Below, piece by piece: positions 22,109 to 32,496 of a stretch of 64,000 nt of DNA (position 1 is its first letter; every line of letters starts with the position of its first letter). The position numbers were made by a program, and so were the translations under genes. The notes beneath the pieces are model-generated. The model was given only the letters and a program-made list of their open reading frames with translations, was not told the origin of the DNA and did not search any database. The stretch lies in NCBI GenBank assembly GCA_963733195.1, contig CAVTCR010000062.1, positions 160,001 to 224,000 of the forward strand, given 5' to 3'. This DNA comes from an uncultured delta proteobacterium (GTDB lineage Bacteria; Desulfobacterota; Binatia; Bin18).

Positions 22109-22510
22109 TGAATATCGTGGCCCATTCATTGCGCAGATAAACATCACCCCGTTCGTTGATGTGATGTTGGTACTCTTGGTGATTTTCATGGTCACCGCAC
22201 CGATCATCCAACAGGGAGTAAATGTTACTCTTCCCCAGGTGGCTGCCGGGCCGCTTCTTAACAAGGACGAGCAGGTGGTTGTGGTGATCACGGGCGAGGG
22301 CGTGATCCAGTGTGACGGCAAGACACTCACCGCTGAGGCACTTCACCAGAAGTTGATTCCCATTTTGCGATCACAACCTGACTACCCAGTCCGCCTCCGT
22401 GCGGACACGCACGTGCCTTACGGCAGAGTTGCCGAGGTCATGGCTGTCGTGCGGAATGCCGGCGTGCAAGAGGATTGGTATGGTGACTGAGCCTCTCACC
22501 AAGGGACTCC
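22098..22510 (+). CDS. tolR: TolR/ExbD protein (3' end frameshifted or truncated)
   Basis: INITPFVDVMLVLLVIFMVTAP, RADTHVPYGRV. Confidence 0.85.
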
Positions 22511-23996
22511 GCTCGGCCCCCGCGAGTCTCGGCCAAAAGCCAGTGCGCCAGCGCGCATAGGGCAATTCCCGCAGGCACGAGGAAGCCCACTTCCACGAAC
22601 AGTCCCTTGGACCACGGCAAGCCTTGCACACCCACGCAGAGGACCAAGTCGAGCACGGCTATCACAAGGAAGAAGACGGCCACGCCCCACGCGAGTCTGG
22701 CCGCTAGTCGCCGCGGCGATACCGGTGCTACGCGCGACGGCAGTTCCTCACCCAGCCGAATGAGTCCCCAGGTCACGGCGGTGAGGACGACCCACGCCAC
22801 CGCTTCCAGTTCCTTGTGGTATTGGAGCATCAGCCTTCCCTTCCACCAAACGATGAAGGCGAACACGGCCACCGTCCCCGCGATGATGGCGTTCCGTGCC
22901 GCGGCTGCTACCTTCGGCACAAACTCGCGCACCGCCTCGGCCGTCAGCACCGGGATGAAAACGATGCCGGCCATGTAGGACTGTGAGTAGGTCACCCACG
23001 AATCCGGGCGACTGTCCCAGCGCGCGTCGATCCACGCCGGGAACCAGAACCGCAGCTTGTGGGTGATGAAGAGCACACCACCAGATCAATGAAGGCCACG
23101 GTCAGAAAAGTAGCAAGCATGCGCACTACGGCGCTGACGAAGCGCCCGTCCGTGGATGTCGGCAACCTCGGGCGAGCCCCGGTCTCGACGGTCGAGGGTG
23201 CCGGGACCAAGCTGTCGAAGTAGCGCATTGCGGCGTGCATCACGACGGTCCGTGGCAGCACACGGACCAGTACCGACACCGCAACGTTGCGTAGGCCGGA
23301 GATCGCGGATGGCTTTCGGCCCAGGGCCGACAGCGCGGTAGCCACGACCTCGTCGGGCCGCGACACGCCCCCGGGCGGATTTCTCACGGGGTCGCCCGAC
23401 CGCGCTTGAAACTCGGTGGGAACGTGGCCCGGCGACAACGCGAGCACCTCCACGCCGTGCTGCTCCAGCTCGGCCCAGAGAGCCTCGGCCACGAACAAAT
23501 CGAAGACCTTGGTCGCGGCGTACACCGCGAGATAAGGCACCGACTGGTACGCTGCGATGGAAGAGACGAAGATGATGCCGCCGCGACCCTTGGCCACCAT
23601 GTCCGGCGCGAACACTCTTGCCAGAGCCACCGGGGCGCGGCAGTTGACGTCGATCATGTCCGCCAGCTCGGTCGGGTCCTGCTCGGCGAAGTGGCCGAAA
23701 AGCCCGAAACCCGCATTGTTGACGAGCAACCCCACGGACAGCCCCACGGCCTCCGCTTCGGCGCGCACGATCTGCGCAGCGTCGGCGCGGGCGAGGTCGA
23801 CCGCCACAGCCACGGCCCGGACCTTGTGCTCGGCCTCGAGTGCGCGGGCGAGTGCCACAAGCCGCTCGTGATCGCGGGCGACGAGGATCAGGTCCATGCC
23901 GCGGGCTGCCAAGGCCCAGGCAAAAGCCTCGCCGATGCCCGAAGACGCGCCGGTGATAAGCGCGGCTCCCCCGAAGCGCTCGCTCCACGTGTTCAT
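22438..23996 (-). CDS. SDR oxidoreductase fused to a C-terminal multi-pass membrane domain (frameshift near 23080)
   Basis: TGASSGIG, NNAGFG, YAATK, then hydrophobic helices; segment visibly more GC-rich than its flanks. Confidence 0.75.
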
Positions 23997-24484
23997 GCCG
24001 CTACTTTCGGATCTGCTCGCGGATGCGTTTAGGCGCGCGGTGATTGAGTCCAGCATTTGACCGCGGCCAATGCTGTGTTTCCTTCCGCTGCCGAAGCCGG
24101 CCACCTGATCGGTGAACGTGCGGTTGACGTAGAACACCAGCGTCCCACCCTGCACTTCGAGACAGCCGCCGGCGATGAAGAATGATTTTCGCTTCCCCTG
24201 TGTCCGTCGCACTCAGCCCCACGTCGGCGAACGCCTCATCTGCGGATGCGTCCGGCTTCCAGACGCGAAACGCTTGCGTGTTCTTGTCCGTCTCCAGCAT
24301 CTTGCCTTGCATGGCGGCCTCAACCCAGTTCGCTGACCGGCTTGTTGAAGAACACCGCAACCACGCCGACCAGTTCCTTGTCCGAACCTTTCTTCAAGTC
24401 CTTCTGGATCATCTTGCCGCCCTTGATTCTCCCGATCTCCGCATCCGTGAATCCCAACGCCTTCGCCACTTCATCCGCCGTCGG
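23993..24484 (-). pseudogene. Internally deleted, 5'-truncated hypothetical protein remnant
   Basis: PTADEVAKALGFTDAEI...EAFADVGLSATDTGEA joined to ...GTLVFYVNRTFTDQVAGFGSGRKHSIG; begins at an IS1 end. Confidence 0.45.
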
Positions 24485-24600
24485 GTAGTACTATTCTGGT
24501 AATGCTGCACATCTGGTGAAGTTGTAGTCACAAATGAAGTACTTGATGGCCCCGATGTGATTACTGAGTTTCTTGGAGAACGAGAGCGTGGCACCAAGAA
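24485..24600 (-). mobile_element. IS1-family remnant (InsB C-terminus plus terminal end)
   Basis: Manual translation ATLSFSKKLSNHIGAIKYFICDYNFTRCAALPE-stop, then TACTACCC. Confidence 0.75.
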
Positions 24601-24694
24601 ATTTCGTGAACTCGTTATTCGCCCTTTATATGTCCCTAACTCCTGTTTTTAGTCGTTTTTGTATCAGAGCCAGAGGGCGTACGCCAACACTATC

Positions 24695-25474
24695 TCACCT
24701 CGACGTCAGCACTTTGCCGATGGTGGTGTCGATATGATAGATCCAGAAGGCCGTCACGTCCTCCTGCAGGATCATAGCGACCATGCCAACACCCGGTGCG
24801 AAGAAGTTATACGCCGTATTCTGTGTATGGGCCGGACCAATCTTGCCTTCGCATTTCACACGGAACAGGACCGCCTCATACGTGCCGGCCGGTACCGTGA
24901 CTTGGTACGTACCCACGTAGGTGTACGTGCCGTTCAGTGATCCTGAATATTTCTGGTCCGCTGGATCATCGAGATAGTTGACCGAGACCTGTTGCGAGTA
25001 GGACCGCGTCTCGCCAGGCTTCATGCCCTTCGGTACGAACGGATTAGCAGGCGTGGCGACGACTATCACACCCTCTCCCGCGTCGCTTACGGCGGGCATA
25101 ATGAGATCGCCCTCTGGCGTCTGACGGATGAAGCCTGCGAGCGAGGGCGAAAGCTGAAATCGCCAGGCCGACTTCCCGTCTGGGCGCCTCGTCTTTGCGA
25201 GGCCCAGCGTCTGCGTGTTCCCGGTGTTTGAGCCGGACGTGACCTGGTAAGTCAGCGCCTTGTCCTGAAATGGGAAGTAGACGGAGGCGTCCTCGATGGG
25301 CTTACTGGGCAACGCCTTGCCTACCACGCCTGGCCCCAAATGTGCGGTGATCTGTTGCTGTTCCTCCGGCGGCAACGGCAGCACGACGCCTTGGGCGAGC
25401 GCGGCTCTTGAGGCTACCAACAGGACGCCGATCGGCACCAATAGCGCTCGGAGAAGACGTATTGTTACGTTCAT
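24695..25474 (-). CDS. Exported hypothetical protein (VTVPAGTY motif, DUF3108/TapB-like)
   Basis: Signal peptide, YQVTVPAGTYEAV, YNFFAPGVGMV; GGAGG RBS. Confidence 0.65.
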   Translation of the reverse strand: MNVTIRLLRALLVPIGVLLVASRAALAQGVVLPLPPEEQQQITAHLGPGVVGKALPSKPIEDASVYFPFQDKALTYQVTSGSNTGNTQTLGLAKTRRPDGKSAWRFQLSPSLAGFIRQTPEGDLIMPAVSDAGEGVIVVATPANPFVPKGMKPGETRSYSQQVSVNYLDDPADQKYSGSLNGTYTYVGTYQVTVPAGTYEAVLFRVKCEGKIGPAHTQNTAYNFFAPGVGMVAMILQEDVTAFWIYHIDTTIGKVLTSR

Positions 25475-25650
25475 GCGACACCTCCCTTTTCATGGTAATC
25501 GAGACGGCAAATTGTTACGGCGAATGGAACCATTCAGCTGATGGCAAACGTCGCACAGAAAGGCCCACCGATCAACTGGACCGAGGTCCCAGGGGATCAG
25601 TTCAGCCGTAGACCATCCCGCCTTGCCGTGTGCCTCACTGCTCGAACGTG

Positions 25651-25870
25651 GGCAGTGTTATACAAGTAATGTTGATCTGGTGAGGTTGTAATCACAGATG
25701 AAGTAGCGGATCGCACCGCTATGGTTCTCTACGTTTTTGGAGAATGCCAGCGTACTGCGCACTACTCGTGAGCCCCTCTGGCGCAACGTGTTATTGAATC
25801 GCTCGATGTGGTTAGTGTTGCGTGCGAACTTGGCGATGGGTTTATGTTGGCATACAGCCGAAGTACGCGC
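25651..25870 (-). mobile_element. IS1-family remnant (InsB C-terminus plus terminal end)
   Basis: TNHIERFNNTLRQR...TLAFSKNVENHSGAIRYFICDYN, stop, then CACTGCCC. Confidence 0.8.
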
Positions 25871-25901
25871 GAGAATAGGACATAGAGGGACAAACAGTTT
25901 T

Positions 25902-26355
25902 CTATCCGGCCAACACTCTGCGCACCGAGGTGCGGCCAATGTGGAGCATGTCGCGCGATGGCCGACTTACTCAAGCCGCGGGCGTACAACCGTTTGACTT
26001 GCTTGCTCTTCCGTCGTGCTGTAGGCGGACGGCCATGCGGACGCCCTTCGCGGCGTGCTTGCGCAATCCCGGCTTTCACGCGTTCTCGCAAAATCTCGCG
26101 TTCAAACTCAGCGAATACGGCCAACAATCCCGCCAGTGCCCGACCGGTTGACGTGGTGAGATCCAAGGCTTCCGTCAGTGAGATAAAGCCCACTCCCAGT
26201 TCGGTGAGCTCCTTCAACATAGTGACGAGATCCGCGAGCGAACGCCCCCAGCGATCCAAGCGCCACACCAGAATAGCATCGAGTTCTCGTCGGCGTGCCG
26301 CCTTCAACAACAGTTCGCGTTGCAAGCGTTCACTCGCTCCGGAGCCGCCGTCCTG
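25902..26355 (-). pseudogene. Serine recombinase (resolvase/invertase), N-terminus with catalytic Ser missing
   Basis: SGASER...LVWRLDRWGRS, FAEFEREILRERVKAG, GRP, HTH tail IGRTSVRRVL after a frameshift; no YxRVS motif upstream. Confidence 0.82.
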
Positions 26356-26409
26356 TTACTGGTACGTCAACCGTAATCACCGCTCCCCGGACCGGGGTCC
26401 GTTGGGTTG

Positions 26410-26466
26410 TCACTCATAAATTATGAAGCTAGCCTCTACGAATAAAAACAGCACATCCGCCGGCAT
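26410..26466 (-). pseudogene. Degenerate copy of the kdp leader-peptide ORF
   Basis: MPADVLFLFVEASFIIYE-stop against MLDVLFL...; similar GAGGAG-N-AGCT-ATG context. Confidence 0.5.
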
Positions 26467-26510
26467 AGCTCCGCTCCTCATACACTCTTCTCTCTTTTGG
26501 GTCTTGGAAG

Positions 26511-26683
26511 AGCAAGAGCTGTACCGGAAACTTAGGTCAACAACCGGATAGATTACTCCAGGTTGCTGCTCTTCTGAGGGTTAATATTCTGCAAGTTGCA
26601 AGGAAAAGAGAGCGAGATGATCGCAAAATGCAAGGTGGTTACGCCAACTGTGACTCCTCTCATGATTTCCCTAAGCTTTCTCC
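26511..26683 (-). promoter_or_regulatory. Second copy of the kdp-type sigma-54 promoter and enhancer
   Basis: Minus strand CGGTACAGCTCTTGCT (26511-26526); TGCAAGTTGCA (26590) and CGCAAAATGCA (26622), 32 bp apart; identical GCCAACTGTGACTCCTCTCATGATTT block. Confidence 0.75.
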
Positions 26684-26868
26684 TCTTCAACCAAGTATTG
26701 ACAATCAACATCGCTTACCAGTGTGTACCAGTCCAAAGTGTGCTAGTAAGGAAAAAAGAGATGGATGAGATGTAAAACTCTGCATTTGATCTGTCAGGCA
26801 TATCAGGAGAATTCATCTTCTGACACAGTCGGTGAGATCAATATTCGATTTTTACAACTCAAGTGCGT

Positions 26869-29679
26869 TTACTTCTGACCTTCACTCCGGTGAGGGAGGA
26901 GCAGTGGGAGTACCACCAAAGAGGCTACCAGCACGCTGCCCACAGCGAGTGTGAGCAGCAGCCCCATGCTGAAGATCCCGTAATATTTCCCCACCATCAG
27001 ACTGCCAAAGCCGATCATCGTTGTGAGAGAAAACAGTGCCACCGACTGGCCTGTGCTGCCAGCGACCAACGCCGGACCGCCCTGTCCTTCTTCGCGGTAG
27101 CGGTGCACGAGGTGCAGACCGTTCTCTACACCAATACCGATAATCAGCGGGACCGCGACTAGATTGGCGAGATTGAACTGAAGATTGAAGAGCCACATCA
27201 ACCCCGCGGTCCAGAGCATTCCCAAGCCGAGCGGGACTAAGGCCAGTAATACATCGCCAACACGACGAAGCGCGACAAATGCTATCACTGCGATCACCAC
27301 GAGAGCGTAAACGCCCCCTTCGACATACCCCCTTTTCATCACCCGGGACGATTCGAAGACAATCACCGGCGAGCCCGTCACGTCCGGATCGACCTGACGT
27401 AGTTGGCTGACGAATTCCTCTTGTGCCTCGCGCTCCCAGACGTTCTTTTTGGCGTAGATCTGCAAGAGAAATTTCGTCCCGTCTGCACTGACGAAACGTT
27501 CCTTCAGCCGCGCGGGCATGTCGGCCAAGGTGATCGGCCCTGGCGGGTCGAGATTGTCGTGCAATAAAGACCACCGGTCCTGAAAGTCTTGAAACAGGGC
27601 GTGCTGGAAACGTTCGAGCCCGGCTTTGACTGTGGCCTCTGGACGCGCCTGTAGTTGCTCAATTACTGTCAACAGGCTTTGACGCATCTCATGCAGCTCA
27701 TTCTCTGAAGTCTTTCTCTCCGGATTCCCGTCTGTACTTCCTGCACGGAGTTTGAGCTTCAACTTATTCAGGGTGCTTTGCAGGTTTGGGAGATCTAGTG
27801 CTACCGGGGTAGGGAGCGTACGCGGAAGGTCACTAAAAAACGGTTGCAGTGCACGGACCAACGACAACCGCTCCTCCTGCCCTCCAGGAATTAACGAAGC
27901 TATGCTTTCCACCGCTTCTACTGCGGGGAGGGCTTTAAAGGCAGCGGCTTTGCGCATGGCTGCTTCCGGGGTTGGCGCAGTTGCCCAGGCGTTTCGTGAA
28001 GTACGGTTGGAGTGTTCGATAATGCGTTTTTCCCACTCTACCGACTCCGTACCGTCAGCCTGAAGGTTCAAGAGGTTGTCGTCAAATGAGATGGTAGGGA
28101 GCGTAACAAGTCCACCCAGAGTGCACAACCCAGCGAAGGCCAGAAAATACGAGGGTGCCTGGCTGATGATTCTGCCAAAGCTAGTGAATAGATTGCTCAG
28201 AAACGTCCGCTCCGCGGCCCTCACTACCCAAGGTCGGTAGTTTTCTCCTAAGACAATCAAGGCTGGCAGCAAGAGTAGCGTTGCCAGTAAAGAGAGTAGG
28301 ATGCCGCCGCTGGCTATCAATCCGAGTTCTTGTATACCGCGGAAGTCAACAAGCATAACCGCTGCAAAAGCGAGGGCAGTCGTCACCGCGCCAGCAATGA
28401 TGCCCGGCACAGTGTGCTCGAACACCATGTGAAGGGCCGCGATCGTGCTGTGACCATTATTACGTTCTTCTTCGTATCGAGCCATGAAATGCACCCCAAA
28501 GTCGTCAGCCAGGCCGAGCAGCATAGGGGCGACAAAGACGGTAATGATTGTCAGGTGTCCGACCGTGACGGCGACGAAACCTACTGTCCAGATCAGACCC
28601 ACAAGCAGGGCGATTACGATCATGAGAGGATGGCGAAGCTTCTTGAAAAATAGGAAGTAAATTAAGGTCACGCCGGTCAATGATACTCCCGTCGCAAGAC
28701 GGGCATCGGCTTGGGTGCTGAGCGTTTCGTCACTGATTAGTGCCTGGCCAGTCACTCCGGCTTCAAGTCCAGGAAACTCAGGCCGGAGTTCGGCGACCGC
28801 TTGACGAATCGTCGCGATGGATTCGGGGGCCTCGCCAAGCTCGTTTCTGGAGGAGGTTGGGGGTTCAATGACAAGGAAAAAAAAGCGTCCGTTGTCGGAC
28901 ATCAAGAAGCCATCACCTGACGGGCCGTTTATGTTACCGAAAAAATCGCCCCAGGGGGAACGGTAGCGATAGTCTGTGGCGCTTAGCGCACGTTTCAGTT
29001 CCGCCAGTAGAGACCGGAGGAAGGGAATCGCCATGGGTTCTTGTTCACTCTCGGGTCCCGCAGGCGAATCCAGACCGAGGAAGCCCGAGACCAAGTGCGA
29101 GGCCATCCCAGCGCTTACCTGCGCGTTGATAACACGAAACAGCGTGTCCAGCCCCGGTGCGGTCACCAAATCACGAACCAACTCCCTGTGTGCCGTTAGG
29201 TATTGATGTAGAGTCCGGAGGGCTTCGGGCGAGAGATAGAGTAGTTTCCTTCCCTCCAGAAAGGTAATGTCGAGACGATAAAAGACTTCCCCCACGTTAG
29301 CCTTGTCACGTTCCAGGAACTCTCCGAGCCGGATAACAAACTCTTTGCCCTGCTGCTCGTCGGCCGGTTGAACCACCACCAGCACGCGGTCAAGCCCCAT
29401 GAACTCGTTCGCATACTCTTCATAAAGCTGGACATAGCGTTTTTCACTCCCAATCAAGTCACTCCGTCCAGAGATAAACTTCAAATGCAAAGCTGCATAT
29501 ATAAAGGTCAGCGTTGCTAAGGCAAGGCAGAAGAAAAGTACGGTCTTGGGGTACACGGTAGGGAGATGGGCAAGGAGGCGCAAAGACTGTTGCTTGCACG
29601 CAGTCAACCTCTGTACTAGAGAAGTCGAGCTTTTCACGGCTGGCCTTCCTCTGCCAGTGTCTCGCGCCTGCGTTGCCAT
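26869..29679 (-). CDS. MMPL/RND transporter, HpnN (hopanoid transporter)-like
   Basis: 936 aa, two repeats; GLADDFGVH, GAVTTALAF, LQADGTESVEWE, QVDPDVTGSP, GIGVENGLH, LTTMIGFGSL. Confidence 0.85.
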   Translation of the reverse strand: MATQARDTGRGRPAVKSSTSLVQRLTACKQQSLRLLAHLPTVYPKTVLFFCLALATLTFIYAALHLKFISGRSDLIGSEKRYVQLYEEYANEFMGLDRVLVVVQPADEQQGKEFVIRLGEFLERDKANVGEVFYRLDITFLEGRKLLYLSPEALRTLHQYLTAHRELVRDLVTAPGLDTLFRVINAQVSAGMASHLVSGFLGLDSPAGPESEQEPMAIPFLRSLLAELKRALSATDYRYRSPWGDFFGNINGPSGDGFLMSDNGRFFFLVIEPPTSSRNELGEAPESIATIRQAVAELRPEFPGLEAGVTGQALISDETLSTQADARLATGVSLTGVTLIYFLFFKKLRHPLMIVIALLVGLIWTVGFVAVTVGHLTIITVFVAPMLLGLADDFGVHFMARYEEERNNGHSTIAALHMVFEHTVPGIIAGAVTTALAFAAVMLVDFRGIQELGLIASGGILLSLLATLLLLPALIVLGENYRPWVVRAAERTFLSNLFTSFGRIISQAPSYFLAFAGLCTLGGLVTLPTISFDDNLLNLQADGTESVEWEKRIIEHSNRTSRNAWATAPTPEAAMRKAAAFKALPAVEAVESIASLIPGGQEERLSLVRALQPFFSDLPRTLPTPVALDLPNLQSTLNKLKLKLRAGSTDGNPERKTSENELHEMRQSLLTVIEQLQARPEATVKAGLERFQHALFQDFQDRWSLLHDNLDPPGPITLADMPARLKERFVSADGTKFLLQIYAKKNVWEREAQEEFVSQLRQVDPDVTGSPVIVFESSRVMKRGYVEGGVYALVVIAVIAFVALRRVGDVLLALVPLGLGMLWTAGLMWLFNLQFNLANLVAVPLIIGIGVENGLHLVHRYREEGQGGPALVAGSTGQSVALFSLTTMIGFGSLMVGKYYGIFSMGLLLTLAVGSVLVASLVVLPLLLPHRSEGQK

Positions 29680-29781
29680 GGTACTGAGATTGATCCTTTC
29701 AAAAGCATCTGTTGCGGATCGACGCGCACGTCGGTCGCCATTTACTCTATCAGGCAGGACCTTCTTGACCAGTCCATTCCA

Positions 29782-29967
29782 CTACAGCAGGAGATTCACG
29801 AGCTGTCGCAAGAGCGTGTCAAGCGGCACCCATCCCACCAACGCAACGAGGACGGTCCGGTGAATAATCCTCGGCTTGTCCGGCTTGATCAGGCCGAGCG
29901 ACCGCTGTAGTCGGATGGGCGGCCCACCGTAAAAGAGTTCACTGTCAGTGTCTACTGTCACGCTCAT
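29782..29967 (-). pseudogene. Internally deleted membrane-protein remnant
   Basis: N-terminal-like ELFYGGPPIRLQRSLGL...GWVPL fused straight to C-terminal-like PLDTLLRQLVNLLL. Confidence 0.5.
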
Positions 29968-30001
29968 ATTCGCGTCCTGTAATTTGTCAATCAGGAGTAC
30001 G

Positions 30002-30403
30002 TTATTGTTGTAGGATTACAAGGAGCAAACCCAGAACCCCGAGCCCGGCAACCACGATGGCGATCGCCATGGCCAGCGAGTAGGGGGCTTTGGTATCTGG
30101 CGTCCGTAGACTCTTTATATACCGGTGGTGTTGCACCGTGGCCAGCACGAGGGCCACTAACCCGGCGAGGATCATGATCAGGGCGAACTCACGCGGCCCG
30201 AGAAAGCGGTCGGGGTGTTGGATTTTGTTCTCTTCACGCACAAACTGAAAGAACTTGTAGATGGTGAAACCGAAACTGATCAGCGACGTAGCCGTCCTGA
30301 TCCACGCCATCAGTGTCCGCTCGTGAGCGAGGCGCGTACGTTCTACTGCAAGTTGGGTTGCATCAAGAGGGGCAACTTTCCCCTCCGCACCCTGGTTTGT
30401 CAC
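30002..30403 (-). CDS. DUF202/YidH family membrane protein
   Basis: LAVERTRLAHERTLMAWIRTATSLISFGFTI. Confidence 0.9.
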   Translation of the reverse strand: MTNQGAEGKVAPLDATQLAVERTRLAHERTLMAWIRTATSLISFGFTIYKFFQFVREENKIQHPDRFLGPREFALIMILAGLVALVLATVQHHRYIKSLRTPDTKAPYSLAMAIAIVVAGLGVLGLLLVILQQ

Positions 30404-30525
30404 TTCAATATCTCGTCCTTGTCTGTGGAAGGTGATGTTGCGTGCAGTTCAATTGATAACACTCTCTGTTTGTTTTATCGAATATTACTCAGAGAGTTCT
30501 TATCCATCTCACTCAAAAAGGATTC

Positions 30526-30990
30526 CTATAGCTTCTTTTCACTATGCGCCTCGTCTGAGTCCCCGCCAGAGACGTGGCTGCCTTCTGCCTCCACCCCTGA
30601 CGGTTGCCAAGGCCACCGCTCCTCGATCTCAACCACGAGCGACCAACCCAAGAAAGTGCGAATCAGCACCAGCAGCCCTAGGATGAGTACGTTCTCTAAC
30701 GTCGGCTCCAGGGCAACAGTGCGAATAACGTCCGCGGCCACCAGGATTTCCAATCCCAGCAGCAAAGCGCGTGCTACGTGGTGGCGGTAATTCTTGTAGG
30801 TGACCGCATCTGCCTGCTGGGTCAGGATCCGGAATACATACAAGACTGTCCCCGTGAGAATCACTGCAACGATGATCACGACGGCGAGAAGCTCGATCCC
30901 CGTCGCGGCGTGTTCCACCCACCTTGTGATCGCCGCAGCGGCTTCCCCAGTCTGCACCCCTGTCTCTCCCCTCGTCGTTTCCTCAACCAT
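30526..30990 (-). CDS. DUF1622 membrane protein
   Basis: ARALLLGLEILVAADVIRTV, IRTFLGWSL.VEIE..WPW. Confidence 0.9.
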   Translation of the reverse strand: MVEETTRGETGVQTGEAAAAITRWVEHAATGIELLAVVIIVAVILTGTVLYVFRILTQQADAVTYKNYRHHVARALLLGLEILVAADVIRTVALEPTLENVLILGLLVLIRTFLGWSLVVEIEERWPWQPSGVEAEGSHVSGGDSDEAHSEKKL

Positions 30991-31052
30991 TGCGGCCACT
31001 CAGTTTCTCAATATCATACCTGCGATCCGTGGAGACAGGTCGTGCTCCGACG

Positions 31053-31499
31053 CTACGTGAAGCGTCGGAGCACGGAGAAAAATGCGAAGAGCCCGATCAA
31101 TATCAGCAGGATTGCGACCCAAAGGGTCGGCGTGTGTGCAGGAGCATCTCCAACGCCGGCGACCGGCTGGAACTCCTCACGCCAGAGGTAGCGCAACAGC
31201 CCGCGGTACTCCCATAGCGAGATGATCAACCCGACTACGCCGGCTCCGATCAGTGCCAAGCCGAGATAACGCGGCGCTTCCGGTCGGATGGCTGGGGCGA
31301 CCCCCTCCATCTTATTGAAGCGCTCGAAGAACTGGACGATCGTGAAGCCGAAGCCGATCAGGGCTGTTGCCGTGCGCACCCAGGACATGAGCGTGCGCTC
31401 GATACTCAGCCGTGTGCGCAACTAGGAGAAATGCGTCTCCACGTTGGGGTGTACGACAAACCTATTTGCGTCACCTTTCGTTCGGTTGTTCGTCGTCAA
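31053..31499 (-). pseudogene. Second DUF202/YidH protein with an in-frame TAG
   Basis: ...VETHFS-TAG(31422-31424)-LRTRLSIERTLMSWVRTA; Trp (TGG) expected at this position. Confidence 0.75.
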
Positions 31500-31688
31500 G
31501 AGGCTTCCTTGCTGTCTTGGCCCGAATCTCCGACAGACCCCCATTGAGGGTGTAAGAAGGCGGCGGTTCTTCTTCAGTCGCCGCCTTTAGCGATATGAAC
31601 ACGAAGGTCAATAAGCCCACTCTCAGAATGAAGACACAACGGTTCTTACTGACCCTCACTTCTCAGTTCCTCTTCGTATCAATGCCAC

Positions 31689-32372
31689 CTACTGCACTTT
31701 GAGTTCCACCCGACGGTTCATCGCGCGGCCCTCAGGGTCGTCTTGCCCATCAGATGTCGTGTTCGGCGCAACCGGCTGGCTCTCGCCATAACCGCGCGTT
31801 TCAAGCCGGCTCGCTGCGACCCCCTTCGAGACGAGGTACTGTTTCACCGCCTGAGCACGTCGTTCTGAAAGTTCCTGGTTGTAGGACTCTGAGCCGATGG
31901 CATCTGTGTGTCCCTCAATCATGACCTGGACATTCGGATTGTCTTCGAGAGCCTGCGCGGCTTCATCGAGCACCGGTGCAAACTCCGCCTTGATGTTCGC
32001 CTTGTTGAAGTCGAAGTTCACCCCACGCAAAATGATCCTCTTCGGCGCAGGTGGTGGTGGTGGTGGCGGTGGCGGCGGTGGCGGCGGTGGCGGTGTTGGC
32101 GCTGGTGGCGGTGGTGGTGGCGGTTCTTCTCTCGCTAACAAGCAACCCGCAACGCCACCGACAACAGCGCCAATCCCGGCGCCCAGCATGGCGTTGTCAC
32201 TATGTTCATTGCTATTCCCACCAGTTGCGTAACCAATCCCTGCACCAATACCAGCGCCGATCACGGATCCGGCTATACAGTAAGTCAGTCGCCTGTTGGC
32301 CGTACACCCTGCTGTAAAAGATAAGAGCGTAAGACCCCACAGGATCCAAAATTTTACTCCTCTACCTTGCAT
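31689..32372 (-). CDS. OmpA-family peptidoglycan-binding lipoprotein with glycine zipper and poly-Pro linker
   Basis: Lipobox TAGC, GAGIGAGIG, long Pro tract, FDFNKA, EGHTD..GS..YN..LS.RRA, NRRVEL. Confidence 0.92.
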   Translation of the reverse strand: MQGRGVKFWILWGLTLLSFTAGCTANRRLTYCIAGSVIGAGIGAGIGYATGGNSNEHSDNAMLGAGIGAVVGGVAGCLLAREEPPPPPPPAPTPPPPPPPPPPPPPPPAPKRIILRGVNFDFNKANIKAEFAPVLDEAAQALEDNPNVQVMIEGHTDAIGSESYNQELSERRAQAVKQYLVSKGVAASRLETRGYGESQPVAPNTTSDGQDDPEGRAMNRRVELKVQ

Positions 32373-32426
32373 GTCTCGACTCCTTTCTTCCCAAAAATTT
32401 CTGCCCCACTGCAAGTTATCAGAGAA

Positions 32427-32496
32427 AGAATACAGATGCTACTGGTTCAAGGCTACGCGAACGGTTCAGGTTATCGTTCAGATTTCGGTTCAGATT
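32427..32496 (-). promoter_or_regulatory. Conserved 70-bp CTGAAC-repeat promoter/operator, copy A (ompA operon)
   Basis: Plus-strand GTTCAA/G boxes at 32445, 32464, 32476, 32488; minus-strand TATTCT 12 bp from the proximal box. Confidence 0.8.

Noticed and set aside
24620-25890. Weak inverted similarity CCCTTTATATGTCCCTA / TAGGACATAGAGGG as transposon ends
   Set aside because: Too short and gapped to support by eye
32051-32122. GGT/GGC triplet run
   Set aside because: Explained as the poly-proline linker codons of the OmpA protein
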